DNA of 64,000 nt, from the NCBI GenBank assembly GCA_951406725.2, contig OX597815.1:119536001-119600000 (forward strand), written 5' to 3'. The position numbers and the translations under genes are program-made. This stretch comes from Octopus vulgaris. Its lineage: Eukaryota. Below are positions 51,020 through 64,000 of the stretch, piece after piece (within the stretch, counting starts at the first letter, position 1; every line of letters begins with the position of its first letter). Below the pieces are notes generated by a model. It saw only the letters and a list, made by a program, of their open reading frames with translations. It did no database searches and was not told the origin of the DNA.

Positions 51020-51476
51020 AACAGAGAATTAGCCTGCAGAATCCAATCCCGCTCTTTTGACTTGGACACCTGACCACACTGGCTCAACAGGCTAAGACTG
51101 TTGAGAATTATAGAGTTTGTAAAATAATAGACCCAAAGTGTTACTTTTGATCCTGCAAAAAAATATCCCCTGGAAAATGGAGAACTCTTCCAAGTTGTAA
51201 AAATAAGCATGCATTTTCAAATTGGGTAAGGGCATTAGAGTACAGTGATATACATCAATGCTAACATTTGTTTTCCCTGCTGGTATATGTTATGTATACC
51301 TACAGAACATACATACAGTAACCAGCTTTCTTCCTTTCAGAACAATTCATTTAAAGTAATAATGGTGTTTGATTAGGAAAAAAAATCTTGTTTACTTATA
51401 TTTCTTAATGACAGAAGAAAGTCATCCACTATATCATCGCGTAAAGTCTAATGGAATAAAATATACTGAAAGCATA

Positions 51477-51915
51477 GGCACAGGCACTGGTGTATGGTTA
51501 AGAAGTTCACTTCTCAGCTTTGTGGTTTCAGGTTCAGTCCTACAGGGTAGCCTCTTGGGCAAGTGTCTTCCACTATACCTTCGGGTTAACAAGAGCCTTG
51601 TGAGTAAATATGGTAGATGGAAAGCAAAAGTTTGCTCTGAATATGTGTGCATGCAAGCATGTGGTTTTGTGTTAGTGTGCTTATATTTTCTGTACCTGCT
51701 TTCTGATTGTAAGTAATGGTTTCATTAATATTGCTATTTGCTTACAGTCCACCAAAAAAGCATGACAGAATTGTATACTGTTCAACAGACAAGGATGGTA
51801 TCACCTCACCTAAATACAAAGAAGGGTGACAGCTGGAAGGGCATCTAGCCACAGAAATCTGACTCAACAAATTCTATTTTACCTATGAAAGCATGGAAAA
51901 GTGGATGTTAAAATG
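51477..51915 (+). mobile_element. SINE: family A head with RTE-type tail
   Basis: ggcacaggcactggtgtatggttaag...ggttcagtcc; ggaagggcatctagcc...gcatggaaaagtggatgttaaaatg. Confidence 0.8.
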
Positions 51916-53039
51916 AAAAAGAGAAAAACTCAATGACATTCTACGCAATTCACATCTGTTAGCAAAAGACTAGTCTTAGTAACTTAGTGATATGAAAACA
52001 AACATGAAAAGAAAAATTAAAACCAAAAAGAGTTATAGGAATAGTTAGTGAATGGGTAGCTAAAATTAATTTCAGTGGAAGTAAAACTACCAGAGAGAAA
52101 ATTGTTATGCTAAAGTGACTAGCAGTTCCACAAACTACAGTCTGGATTCTATTCTAGTCATTTCAAGATTTCTTTAAAAAAAATTTTTTTAATATATTAT
52201 CATCATATTATCCTCAAAATAGAGGTTAAAAAAACATGAATGGAATATTCTGTGTAAACCTTTTGGAGAAAGAACCCAGAAATATAGAATGCTGATTGGA
52301 ATAGTGTTCATAATTGATATGAACATTCAAATATTGCTGAGTGGAAGATGGGAGAGACAAAGAGGATTGAGGATTAACAACTCTGTGAATGCCATGAAAC
52401 CAGTTTCAAATGCAAATCTAAAATTGTAATTGATATAAAAATGAAAATCTTGCTTGAAAACTGAATGCTATTACACCAAAATACTTTCAATCATTACAAA
52501 GTTTAGTCTCACAGAAACACCTTGAAGCCAAAGAGTAATATCTTGTTCTATGTTTCTATTATAAAGTTTCTAAACTTATTTTTGCAGTATACTTATCTAT
52601 TTTGTTTTTCTAAACTATAATCCATATTCATTTCAAAAATATTTTTTTTAAAAACTGAGGCCAAAATTTATGTGGATTCTTTATCGTTTCATATAATTCA
52701 AGTAATTTCAAAAGAACACAACCAGAAAAAAATTTGTTAAAAAGATTAAAAAAAACAACAAACAAACAATTGGATGCTTTGTTTGTAATCAAAACATTGC
52801 TTGTAATCTAACATGTCACAACTCTATTCCATAATTACTAAGTAAACTTTCATACACACACTCTCAAACACAAACCACCATACAAGATAGCATGGCAATT
52901 TACAATATACCAGCTATACAACTGAGCTATGAATTAGGATATAGGTTTTTTAATATCATTTTCACAGAGCAATGAATAATTCATACATCAGATATTAATA
53001 TTATTTTTATTGAAGAAGCAGGAATTCTTGACAACTTGA

Positions 53040-53460
53040 GCCACCAGTCTGGTGTGACGGTATATTACATATGGCCAAAATATCCTTGATAAAGACCCAA
53101 TCATCCTATTTTCCATCTTTTTCTCCACACAATTAACAATGAGATGCAACAATATGTTTGCAGTCAAATGGAGTTGTGATTGGTTTCAATTCCTAGCCAA
53201 CAATTGTTTTACGTATATCACTGATGCCTTTGGAAACCCATGAACATTATAGCCAACAATCGCAACTCCTTTATAAATGCTAAACATCATGCTAGTATAA
53301 AATCATTATTACCATACAAATATCAAAGCCATTTCTGTGAGTATAAGAGAAAGAGTTTCCAATTTCTACACCAAGCTCAGTGCCAATTCTAAATTTGCTA
53401 ACAGCACCTATGCACATTCTCCAGATAAAAGATGAGTTGAAACCTGGCAGAATTTGCACT
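53040..53460 (-). pseudogene. Possible highly decayed Tc1-like transposase fragment
   Basis: Minus strand DDWVFIKDILAICN loosely resembles Tc1 WVFQQDNA.IH; other motifs are only weakly visible. Confidence 0.3.
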
Positions 53461-54175
53461 TTGAACTTAGAATACAGAATAAAGATTATACTAACAGTAA
53501 TGATTAGGAGTTATTTTGACAAGGAACAAAGCCAACATTTATAGAATATTATAATCATCATCATCATTTTGTTTTATATCCACTTTTCAAATTGGCTTGG
53601 ATTAGATGAGACCTATTGGGGCAATATTCTCTGGCCAGATACCAACCCAAACTTGCTTTTCTAGTAAGGTATTTTCATCCCGTGTAAAAACTATCATCAG
53701 CATCATCATCATCTAATGTCTGAATACCATGTTGGCATGGCTTGGACAGTCCGATAAGATCCAACAAGCCTGAGTGTAGACAGTAAAGACTAATGCAGCT
53801 TTCAAGCTAGTTGGATTCTGTCAACTATTCGACCCATACCAACAAGATAAAAGGATGTGCAATGATATCTTCACACATCAAAATTGCCATGCCACAGAGC
53901 ACACTGTTTCCAGGAGAACATGAACAAATTTCACTGCTTCTCAAGCAGTATGAGTATGAAAGCACAGGGACACAGGGATACACAAACAAAGTTTATTTAG
54001 ACTGATCCAGTAGCCTGTTACTCTGGAATTTCCATGGCATGCAGCCACTTCTTCAGATAAGTCAGACTGCAGACCATGAAAATCCTAGCGTTAACAGGCC
54101 AATGATCAGGCCTAAATAAACTACCGCATTCTACATTCATATTGAGTAATAGTTCTTCAGTTCATTATCTATGGC

Positions 54176-54220
<45 letters not shown>

Positions 54221-54229
54221 CACACACAC

Positions 54230-55060
54230 AAATAAGATGGGTTTGTGTACAGTTTCTAACCATCAAATTTCATCAACAAGGTATTGGTCAGCCTGAGGCT
54301 AGAGTAAAAGATACTTGTACAGGTGCCACACAATGGGATCAAATCCAAACTGACATGGTTGCAAAGCAAACTTTCATTACAAAACCACATTTGCACATAA
54401 CAACAACAACGATAATAATCCTTTCTCATATAGGCACAAGGTCTGAAATTTTAGAGGAGGGAGCTAGTCATTTACACTGACCACAAAAGGATGAAAGGCA
54501 GACAAAATGCTACATTTTATCCAGCATGTTAATGATTCTGCCAGCTCATCACCTTAATAATAATAATCCTTTCTACTGTAGGCACAAGGCCTGAAATTTG
54601 GGGGGAGGGGGCAAGTTGATAATAATAATGCTTTCAAATTCTAGCACAAGGCCAGCAGTTTTGAGGGAGCAGGTAAGTCAACTGCATTGACACCAGTACT
54701 CATTTCACTGACCCCAAAAGGATGAAGGGCAAAAGTCAACCCTGGTGGAATTTAAACTCAAAACAAAGTTGTAAGCATTTTACCCAGCACAATAACAATT
54801 CTGCCAACTTGCTATCTTAATAACATTATGATGGCCCTTTCTAATATAGACATAAGGCCTAAAATTCTTTAAGGACAAGGCATGAAGACTAGTCAGTTAT
54901 ATTCACTCCAGTGCTCAGCTGGTACTTATTTCATCAATCCCAAAAAGATGAAAGACAAAGTCAACCATAGCAGAATTTGAACTTAGAACATAAAACCAGA
55001 AGAATGCCACAAAGCATTTTGTCTGGCATACTAACAATTCTCCCAAGTCGCTACCTTAAT
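54230..55060 (-). mobile_element. Family A SINE head followed by an array of ~4 family B SINEs (54410-55060)
   Basis: Repeated aataatcctttc..ggcacaaggcc and ctgcca.ct..ccttaataa junctions. Confidence 0.82.
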
Positions 55061-55503
55061 AATAATAACAATAATGACGATAATAATAATATATTACTGG
55101 CATTATTTTATAAGACACAGGAGTAAGAAAGTAAAAATTTACCAAGCTAGTTAAGAATATTGAACTATAAAGAAAAAGTAAGTGGGAGAAAAATAAGTTT
55201 ATTTAAGGTAGGGTCTTGAAAAATATGTCCAGAAGAAAACAGTAAGGCAATATTAGCTGAAATATCAGAAAGTTTTCCAAAATAGCATTATGACAGAAGT
55301 TATAAGTGTGATTATTTTAAAGTATTTCTCATCAACACGAGACAGCTAGCTACATGATAAACAGTAGATAAAGATTTCAATGGAATGAAAGCAGTTATGA
55401 AACTGCTGATACAGGAGAGAAGAGAGGCAGGAGCTGGGGATACATTCAAATTTTTAATTCTATATTTGAATCATATATGTGTGTATGTATATCTATATTT
55501 ATC

Positions 55504-55556
<53 letters not shown>

Positions 55557-55922
55557 CACATACACACAAAAAAAATTATATTTTCACATATAAATTCTAT
55601 AGAAATGTAACAATAGGTCAACATGACAATATGTAGAAGTTCTAATAAATTTTACTCAGCATCTGTTATCTACAGCAGAAATCTAATAATCAAAATATGA
55701 TGATGATGATTACTTTGGAAAGGTAATCCACATAAGTGAAAAATTCAGATTAAATGTAATAGGAACAAAGAAAAGAAATTTTATTTATTGGTGATGAAAT
55801 GTGGAGCTTAAACTTTAGAAATTAATAACAGTTTCTACCTCTTTCTCACGTGTGTTTTGTGTTTGTGTATCACTGATAATTGTTCAGAAATAACATTACA
55901 TCTGGTCAGTAGAGCTAGAGGA

Positions 55923-56073
55923 AAAGAAGCCATTTGGATAACAAATATTGTTCTTTGTATAGTTTTTTTTGTGTACATTTTTTATTTTTTTATAAATATC
56001 CTTTTAAATTCAAAGATCATATATTCATGCGTGTGTATGTGTATAAAGAAGCCATTTGGATAACAAATATTGT
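55923..56073 (+). repeat. Exact 29-bp direct repeat, two copies
   Basis: aaagaagccatttggataacaaatattgt at 55923 and 56045. Confidence 0.95.
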
Positions 56074-56240
56074 ATATCTTAAATACAACTTTTTTTTTGT
56101 TATATTTTTATATATATAGTTATTAATGAGAGATTATCAATCTAAATAAAATACTTAATAAGCTCTCTGTTAATACACCAGGCTAACCAGATTTTTTACA
56201 TTAGTAAAACACTCCATGCATTCTTGTGGCAGTCTCCACA

Positions 56241-56522
56241 AGACAAGGCATAAATAATGGTCATTGCATAAGCCTTTATTATAGTAAATTTGACTTACAG
56301 CTGTTTCCAGTAGTCATTATAGGTTTGTTATTGATTGGTTTACTCAGTCCATTGATTAGTTAAGAAAAATTGAACGACCTCAAGAATTAATGCTACCCTC
56401 ATCAGTCATTGAGTTCTGGTGAGAACGATGCGGAACAATCCACTTGGTTCTACAGGAAACAGCTGTGAGTGAAATTTACTACAATAAAGGATTATGTAAT
56501 GACCATTATTTATGCCTTGTCT
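56241..56522. mobile_element. Foldback/MITE with 73-bp terminal inverted repeats
   Basis: 56241-56313 pairs with 56450-56522 (agacaaggcataaataatggtcatt / aatgaccattatttatgccttgtct). Confidence 0.88.
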
Positions 56523-57179
56523 GGGAGAGGGGGTATAATTGTGTGGTTAAGAATTTGCTTCTTAATCATGTGGTTTCAAGTTCAGTCTCACTACACTTTG
56601 CTATAATAGCTCTGGTCCAACTAAAGCCTAAGGTTTGAGTGGACTTGCTCCATGGAAGCCAAAAGAGTATATGCATGCATGGCTGACCTATAAGTGGTGA
56701 CATTGTTGTCATTTTCCCTGTGAAGAAACGTGCTGGCTTTCTATATTTGAAGACTTGTGGAATAAAAAAAATCTCTTATTTGAAAAACAAGTGTTAGCAG
56801 CAGGAAGAGCATTCAGCAATTAAACAATGCCACAATATTTGTCTAACCTATGCTGGCATGGAAAAACTGGAAAATGAAATTCATCATCATCATCGTCATC
56901 ATAACCAAATATTCACTTTTTCTTTTAATGCTGACTGAATTAGACAGTTCAACAGAGCTACACCATAGTCCAATGTCTTCTCTGGCATGGTTTCTATGGC
57001 AAGATGTCCTTCCTGTCATGAACTATTTTATACACATACAAAAAGCATACAGTAATGAGTGCACTGGTTGCTGGGTTTTGTTTTCTTTGTGGCACCTGCA
57101 CTAATGAGGTTGCTATGTAACGCGTAGAAGTAAAACCCCTTTATAGTAGAGAATGGGGTAGCTTTATGCTACGTGTTGA

Positions 57180-57395
57180 AAGGTTCTCAGCTGGGGTCTA
57201 TAAAAGATTTTGTTGTTAAAGCTCATGTGTAATAAATTACACTTCTACGATACACAAAATATTTTAACAATTTTTATACAGTTGCTTATAAAAATATAAA
57301 GGTATTTTTTTTTAAATATCGAATGGCTACGGGTTACAGTTGAGTAAAATAGTAATCAAATGGGTCCACTGGCAAGATATGTTTGAAAACCACTG
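57180..57395 (+). mobile_element. hAT/Charlie-type MITE, same family as 46650
   Basis: ggttctcagctggggtc..ttttgttgttaaa...gggtcca...ttgaaaaccactg. Confidence 0.75.
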
Positions 57396-58364
57396 GGTTA
57401 AAATATGAAAGAAGAGAAAGGAACAGGTTTCTTACTGTAAAGTAGATACATGTCTACTCCCCTACCATCACCATAAATAGTATTATGTAATCTTTTACCC
57501 ACACTCAAGCACATAGTGATTTTTACAGCCTTCTAAAAATCAAAATGCTCCTTTTGAAAACTCAGAGTAATCTTTTCAATGCAAACATGTAAACTAAATG
57601 ATGATAATAATGATAGATAAAGTCTGTAATACATAGTAGAAAGAAGAGCCTGGGTTAAGTAGATTTTGTAAAGAAAGAAAATAAAGAAAGGAAAAGAAAA
57701 CCAGAAGACATTTGGTAGGATAAGAGCAGAGTCAAACAATGACACCAGTTAAAGATATTGTTTAATAAGCCGACATAATACACATCGAAGTAAGCAAATA
57801 TTGCATGCACTAGAAATGAATAAAATGAACAACACAAGAAAAGTACAAGAAGACAGCGCTACTTCAGAAATAATGTTTCCTGTCTGCTGTCAGACGTATT
57901 GTGTTAGCTGCTCTTTTAGCTATGGCAGCCAGCACAACCGTATGTCGGCTGGCACTCCTTCAGATAATCATTACAGCTGTAAGAAAACTAATGGGTGCTT
58001 TGGTTTTTACAGAGTATGTGTGTGTGCAAGCATGTACATGCGTATTAATAGAACAGCCAGTAGTAACATTATTTTTGTATAATTACAGGACAAAAGACAT
58101 TGGTTATGCCTTAATATTGTTAAGTCTAGTCTAGTCTACATAGATATTCCATTGAACCAATAAGCCAAACACTAAAGTTTTTTGGAGTTCATGAGGCTTC
58201 TTCTTAAGATCTGACAAATATCTGTTTTGTCTCAAAAGTGAAATGTTATAACTAGAAAGTCAAGAAACTGTTATTGACCATGCAGATTTAACTCAGCTCA
58301 GTTATCCTAACAAAAAAAAAAAAAAAAAAAAAAATCCACCGAGTAATTTAGTTTTTTTAATACT

Positions 58365-58690
58365 GTAGAATTTAGACTGGCCATATCTGGCCCAAATATT
58401 CAACCTGGTTCAAACCAGCCAGAACCAGCCTCTCACACCTACCCAACTATGTCATTCTAAAAATATACAACCACATCATCAAACTCTCTAAGTTATGAGA
58501 TAAAGCAAAATTTGAAACCGTGAATAAATATGCAGGAGTACTTGTGGCTGTGTGGTAAGAAGCTTGCTTCCCAACCACATGGTTCTGGGTTCAGTCCCAC
58601 TACGTGGTACCTTTGGCAAATATCTTCTAGTATAACCTCAGGTGTGTGAGTGGATTTGGTAGATGGAAACTGGAAGAAGCTCATTGTATA
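58365..58690. mobile_element. MITE family 2 part (-) abutting a family A SINE head (+, from ~58531)
   Basis: ctggccatatctggcccaaatattc..gcctctcacacctac; gtggctgtgtggtaagaagcttgcttcccaaccacatggtt. Confidence 0.85.
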
Positions 58691-59619
58691 TGTGGGTGCA
58701 TTTGCAGTGTCACAGAAAAGTACTTATCCAAGTCAGCAGTTGCCTATGAGGTTCTTTATTCAAGAAACCTTTAACAAAAGCACCTACATGAAACTGTCAG
58801 CCAGGTTGAGGTCTTAATATTGTGGCCATTGGATTGAATCATTTAAAACATGCAACACTAATATAACATGTTATATCTTTCCCTTCATTTAATAGTGCAT
58901 TTCATTGCTTGGTATCTCTTGTTTTCAAACATGTTGATTAGGCATGGACAAGTTTACAAACTCATAGTAAATAAAGATGGAATAGTTTTTGAATTCATCA
59001 ACAGATCTAGAAACTGGTTTACTCTCATTTTAGATCCCAGCAGCACTTGTTGCAGAAACTAGCTGTACTTATACTCTACTGCTTCAGTCCTCAAAATCCT
59101 GTAATAGAAATCATGATTCACTTTGCTTGCAGAATGATGCCTGATTTGTATTTGACCAAATATTTCTAAATGCAGTAAACTAATTTTAAAAATACCTTGA
59201 GAGAATAACAAAGAAAAGATAGTTCAACTTGGAATTTTAGAGACACCTCTAGTTTATAAATCTACACAATATATATGTATGTATGCAATGTAAGCATCAG
59301 AGTATATAATCATACTAATTAGTTTTGTTCAGTAAAAAAGAATACTTAACTCTTTGAGTAAAATCATCCACTTCCCCACACATTTTTTAAAAAAATGTAT
59401 TTTGACATTCTTGAAGCAAAAAGAAAAAGCAATTAGAGAAATACATAGACATGTAAGAAAAAGTTCGTTAAAAGATGAAATTTTGTTATTACTGTTCCTT
59501 CTGTCATGGAAAAAATATACTGGAGTATATTGTGCAGTCCATATGATGTATGTGTGTGCAAATGCAATACAGGGGATAAACTTACTCTTAATAAAATAAC
59601 CAGTAGCATGGTTCTGTAG

Positions 59620-59870
59620 TATGTTGCATACAGATAGAGAATCTAGTTGTAATGTACTTGAACATATTCAGGTGTACCATAGAATGGATTGATCATATTG
59701 GAAACAGAGGTGGGAGTTTTGTAGCATGCTAATGGCTTTGTAGTATCCAGAACTAAAGTCAGAAATACTTTTAAAGTTGGCTCAACCTGAGAGATACAAG
59801 AGTCTTCTGCATGGCCCCGCTGTTGAGAAAATCAAGTTGTTGATTAAATTGGTAAGATGTGGCTGGGCAC
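59620..59870 (+). pseudogene. Possible decayed RTE reverse-transcriptase fragment
   Basis: tgggagttttgtagcatgctaatggctttgt loosely resembles codons for WELLYADDL; very degraded. Confidence 0.25.
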
Positions 59871-60680
59871 AATTTACATCATTATTCATAGAGTAGACAG
59901 TGCTTACCAAAATCAACATAGGGATGAAGTCAGGGTCTATACTTGCTCAATAATCTCTCAGTTTTTTCTTGTTTACTTACCACTCAGGAAGAAAAGGACA
60001 GCACCCCATCCTTTTTATTTTTCCCCCTCCACTTTACAAAGTCTTTAATGGTAAGAAGAAAGAAGGAAGTTACCCTCAAATAAGAGACCTGCTCTAAATG
60101 ATTGCAACAGAATAGACTTCACTAAAAAGCACATAAGGATCAAATGGTGACATTAAACTAAGTGATGGATTAAATGCACCATGCAAGAACTCAGACCTCA
60201 AAAAATAGAACAAATCCTGCAGTCAATCATCCCAGATGCTTTATTTTATTGATTTTGAAAATATGAAAGCAAAATTGATCTTGGATGGATTTGAACTCAG
60301 AGCACAAAGAGCCAGAATAAATACTGCAAGGTATAAAGTTTTGCCCATTCTTCCTTATCACAATTGTATATGAACAGCAATCACAGTTTAATACCAACTA
60401 CAACTGATCAGTTTCAAATTTAGAAAAAATTTTTTTAAAGAATTAAACATTGTTGAAATGTTTTTGACACATTCTTAAATAGTGTTCATGTCTTGTAATG
60501 AGAAGATATTGTCAAACCACAGCACAAATATAACACCAATGCCAGATTCATGGAGATAAAAAATATTAAAGCACCATGTTAGCAAAACCAAACTATGTGT
60601 TAGGATAAGAAAATATTTCACATTTAATTGGAGTATAATTAAATTGACAACTGTCTTGAACAATATTGTACCTCATAGCT

Positions 60681-60872
60681 TTAACCCTTTAGCATTTAGA
60701 TTATTCGGTCAAATGTAATGCTTATTTATTCACATTCTTTTGAATTAATCATGCATTATCTTGCTGCTTTGAGATTTCGATGCTGTGACTGCTTACTTTT
60801 AGAATGCCAGTGTAGGGTCCATAGGTAGGATATTTTGGCTGTATGTGGCTGGTTTAAATACTAAATGGTTAA
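60681..60872 (+). mobile_element. MITE family 2 copy with TTAA at both ends
   Basis: ttaaccctttagcattta...taaatactaaatggttaa. Confidence 0.85.
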
Positions 60873-62778
60873 TATCTATATTACACAGCCTTTATCAACA
60901 AATTGACCATCAATTGCACCCAAAGAATGGCGTTCTATCATAAGAAATAATAAAACAAAAAAACTCATTTAATGCAGAATACCAGGAAGGTGGAGAAGAA
61001 AAAGGATGAAGAAATTAAACTTTAATGAAAGCTTGAAGTTACAAGAAATTTTGGATAGCTTTAAATATGAGATATACAGTGCCAAACTATTTAAAGCAAC
61101 ATTATAGTAATAGTAGGAAACATTTTCAAGAGTTTGCATGGCAGAAATAATAAAAGCAAAATTTCAAAACAAATGATACTTATACTGTAGAGATAATTCT
61201 AGAAAATGTGGAAATATACTAACTTACATTCTATTTACTTTTTAACTCACTTTTCTATACCAAAGTGAATGAGATTTTAACATTTACATATTATTAGCTC
61301 AATTGTTTTTACCAGTGGAAAACCATCCTTCTTGCAGCTGACCACTCAAGTAAATTGGGGTCATTGAAGTAATGAACCTTGCCTGGGGACACAACACAGT
61401 TACTTCAATAATAACCCTGAATTCATGATCTTGTGCTCAGCAGTACTCTTGCACTACTACATCCATTTTAATAGAAATACCACTAATTCACTAACGGTAA
61501 TGGAAGAAAATAGAAAGAGAAAATGTCTACTTAATCTTTCTAGCCTTGATATTCCTTTTGGACAATTTATAGCATCTCTTAAATCTTTCTACATTAATGA
61601 CACAGCTTGTATGCGGAAGAAAGCTGAACTGTTACCAACCGTGAAAGAGTGCCAGAAATGTGGAATTTGTAAATTAGAAACAGCAAAATATGCAATATGT
61701 CTACATGCATTGGTACATATGTATACACACATACCATTATAAGATACCTGCCATGAGTAACTACTCAAGAAACAGAGGTAGTCATTAATAAAGTAAATTA
61801 ACAAAAGACCTTATCAATGAGACAACAGTTTGACAAAAAAAATCTTACACTTGTCTATAGATATTGATAAGTTTAGTGAGTTCTAAGAACATATAGATTT
61901 GAGTAAAATATTCAGTTATATACACAATACAGAAGATACATTTCCATCTTTTGTACAGATGCATTCACACACACAAACATATGTATATACATGCATACGT
62001 GTGCGCGTGCACACACACACACACACAATAGATAAAATGCACACTAGTAAAATCAGGAAAGAAACAATACATAAAGTTGGACAAGCAAAAACAAGTGGTG
62101 GAACAAGCAGAAAAAAATGAAGCATAACATTAACAATCAAGGAATGTGTACAATGAAAACAAATATGTCAAAAGGGAAGAAATGGAAAGACTAACATTTC
62201 AGGTGGCACTCCTTATCATGACATACAATTAACCCTGAATTTCCTCATTTCATGTTACATTTAACTTGCGTAGTTTCACTTCAGCATGGTTTCAGTTAGG
62301 ACTTTTTTTTCTCACAGACACCCACTTCAGTTTTTCATTTTTCTTGCATGTTAGTTTCATTTCACTTTTCAGGTATATCTTAGCACAGCCAATTTGGTAC
62401 TGCCTATCCACTTATTCAAAACTGACTCATTTGACATGAGACATTTTTAATGTTTGTGCCATTCTCTGTCACTGTCACTTTCTCCCACCCTGTCTTTCTG
62501 TTTGTAAGTATATTTCTCTTTATGAGTCTCAGGAGAAGGATAATGTTCATGTCAACCATGCTCAATCAATAAATTGTAAAATCTCCCTTTCTCTTTCTCA
62601 TTCTATCTGTATATTTCTGCATGGACATACATTTGTTTTATGCCCAAATGCCAAAAAGAAGTCACCAAAACAGGTTCTATGTCTAGTCTGCCATACCAAG
62701 TCATGAGCCTCCAAACATCTGACCCCAACTATCTCATTTGTCACTTCTTTGATAGTGAGGTACATGACACTCTAAACC

Positions 62779-62985
62779 AGTGGTTCCCAAACTTTTATGG
62801 GCTGCCGCCCCCTTGACACCCAGGCCACATTCCTAGTGCCCCCACCCCAACTAACCATCACAAACATAGACTTCTTTCTGAAGCAAATTCAAAGCAACTG
62901 TATTTCACAAATAAAACTTAACCTAATGAACCCATTATTTTGTTGTTTTTACATGAATCGGCACCCCATTATCACCCAATTTTTA
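62779..62985 (+). mobile_element. Left part of a hAT/Charlie-type MITE
   Basis: ctctaaac followed by cagtggttcccaaactttt..gccgccccctt. Confidence 0.6.
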
Positions 62986-62990
62986 CATTA

Positions 62991-63390
62991 GGCGTAGGAG
63001 TGGGTGTGTGGTAAGTAGCTTGCTTACCAACCACATGGTTCTGGGTTCAGTCCCACTGCGTGGCACCTTGGGCAAGCATCTTCTCCTATAGCCCCAGGCC
63101 AAAGCCTTGTGAGTCGATTTGGTAAATGGAAACTGAAAGAAGCCTGTTGTATACATGTATATATATATGTGTGTGTATATGCTGGTGTGTCTGTTTTTGT
63201 CCCCCCAACATCGCTTGACAACCGATGCTGGTGTGTTTACGTCCACGTAACTTAGCGATTCGGCAAAAGGGACTGATAGAATAAGTACTAGGCTTACAAA
63301 GAATAAGCCCTGGGGTCGATTTGCTCGATTAAAGGCGGTGCTCCAGCATGGCCACAGTCAACTGACTGGAACAAGTAAAAAAGTAAAAGA
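62991..63390 (+). mobile_element. Full-length family A SINE, relatively young
   Basis: ggcgtaggagtgggtgtgtggtaagtagcttgc...ggttcagtcccactgcg...acaagtaaaa; many CpGs retained. Confidence 0.93.
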
Positions 63391-64000
63391 GAGTGAGTTT
63401 AATTGCTGAATGTTCAATAATTTTAGGATACACATAATCATACAGTGACTTTCATCCTCATTTAATATACATTTTCCATACTGGCATGGGTTGGATAGTT
63501 TGACGAAGTCCAACGAGCCATACAAAAAGATCTGTTATTTTAGAAAGAAAAAAAAATCTAATATTTCAACAGTATATATATATATTACACACACACACAC
63601 ACATATATACTTTTACAATCTGAAGGCAAGTAAACCAGAACTTCAAGATCAATGGTAATCTTTAACTTGTAAAAGTTAATATAAAAATTATGTAGTCTAC
63701 TAAAAATTATTGAATTCTTCAGTTTAATGCTTAATTGATTTTATAACTTGACATAAACAAACACACACACACATGTAATAATCTACTTCTTAGCCCCTAT
63801 TTCAATAAGTGTTTGAATATATATTTTGTTTGTGTATTTTATTTAACTAATAATTCAATTAAAAAAAGAAAAAACATGTTTCTCTCATTTAACTCATGCC
63901 ACCAGCAGCTATGTAAACTAAGTAATGGATGGATGGATGGATAAATGAATGTACATAAATATGTGTGTGTATGTGCACGTAAATATGTATGTACATATGT

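Noticed and set aside
55923-56073. CRISPR-like repeat
   Set aside because: Only two copies, a 93-bp spacer, eukaryotic context and no cas genes
1-64000. Intact transposase, RT, Fanzor/TnpB or other novel enzyme system
   Set aside because: All recognisable coding remnants have stops or frameshifts, and I saw no RuvC or zinc-finger motif set in the ORF track

Overview
AT-rich, microsatellite-dense eukaryotic DNA. The SINE families and RTE tails match those I recall from Octopus genomes (inference; no database search was possible). No ORF in the supplied track is a credible intact host gene. The window reads as a long intron or intergenic region packed with decayed mobile elements: a near full-length defective DD34D mariner (41423-42904) with a nested retro-insert, a Helitron Rep relic, a hAT transposase end, RTE LINE pieces, an R4/Dong-type endonuclease C-terminus, a Helentron-type non-autonomous element, TTAA- and 8-bp-TSD MITEs, and dozens of tRNA-derived SINEs. 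Signals not explained by these elements are a well-formed 33-nt minus-strand exon (33042-33074) with weaker phase-compatible neighbours, a candidate recursive splice site (43742/43743) and several long inverted repeats, most notably a near-perfect 82-bp-arm palindrome (41217-41386). I found no evidence for an intact novel protein-coding system. Boundaries of decayed elements are approximate.
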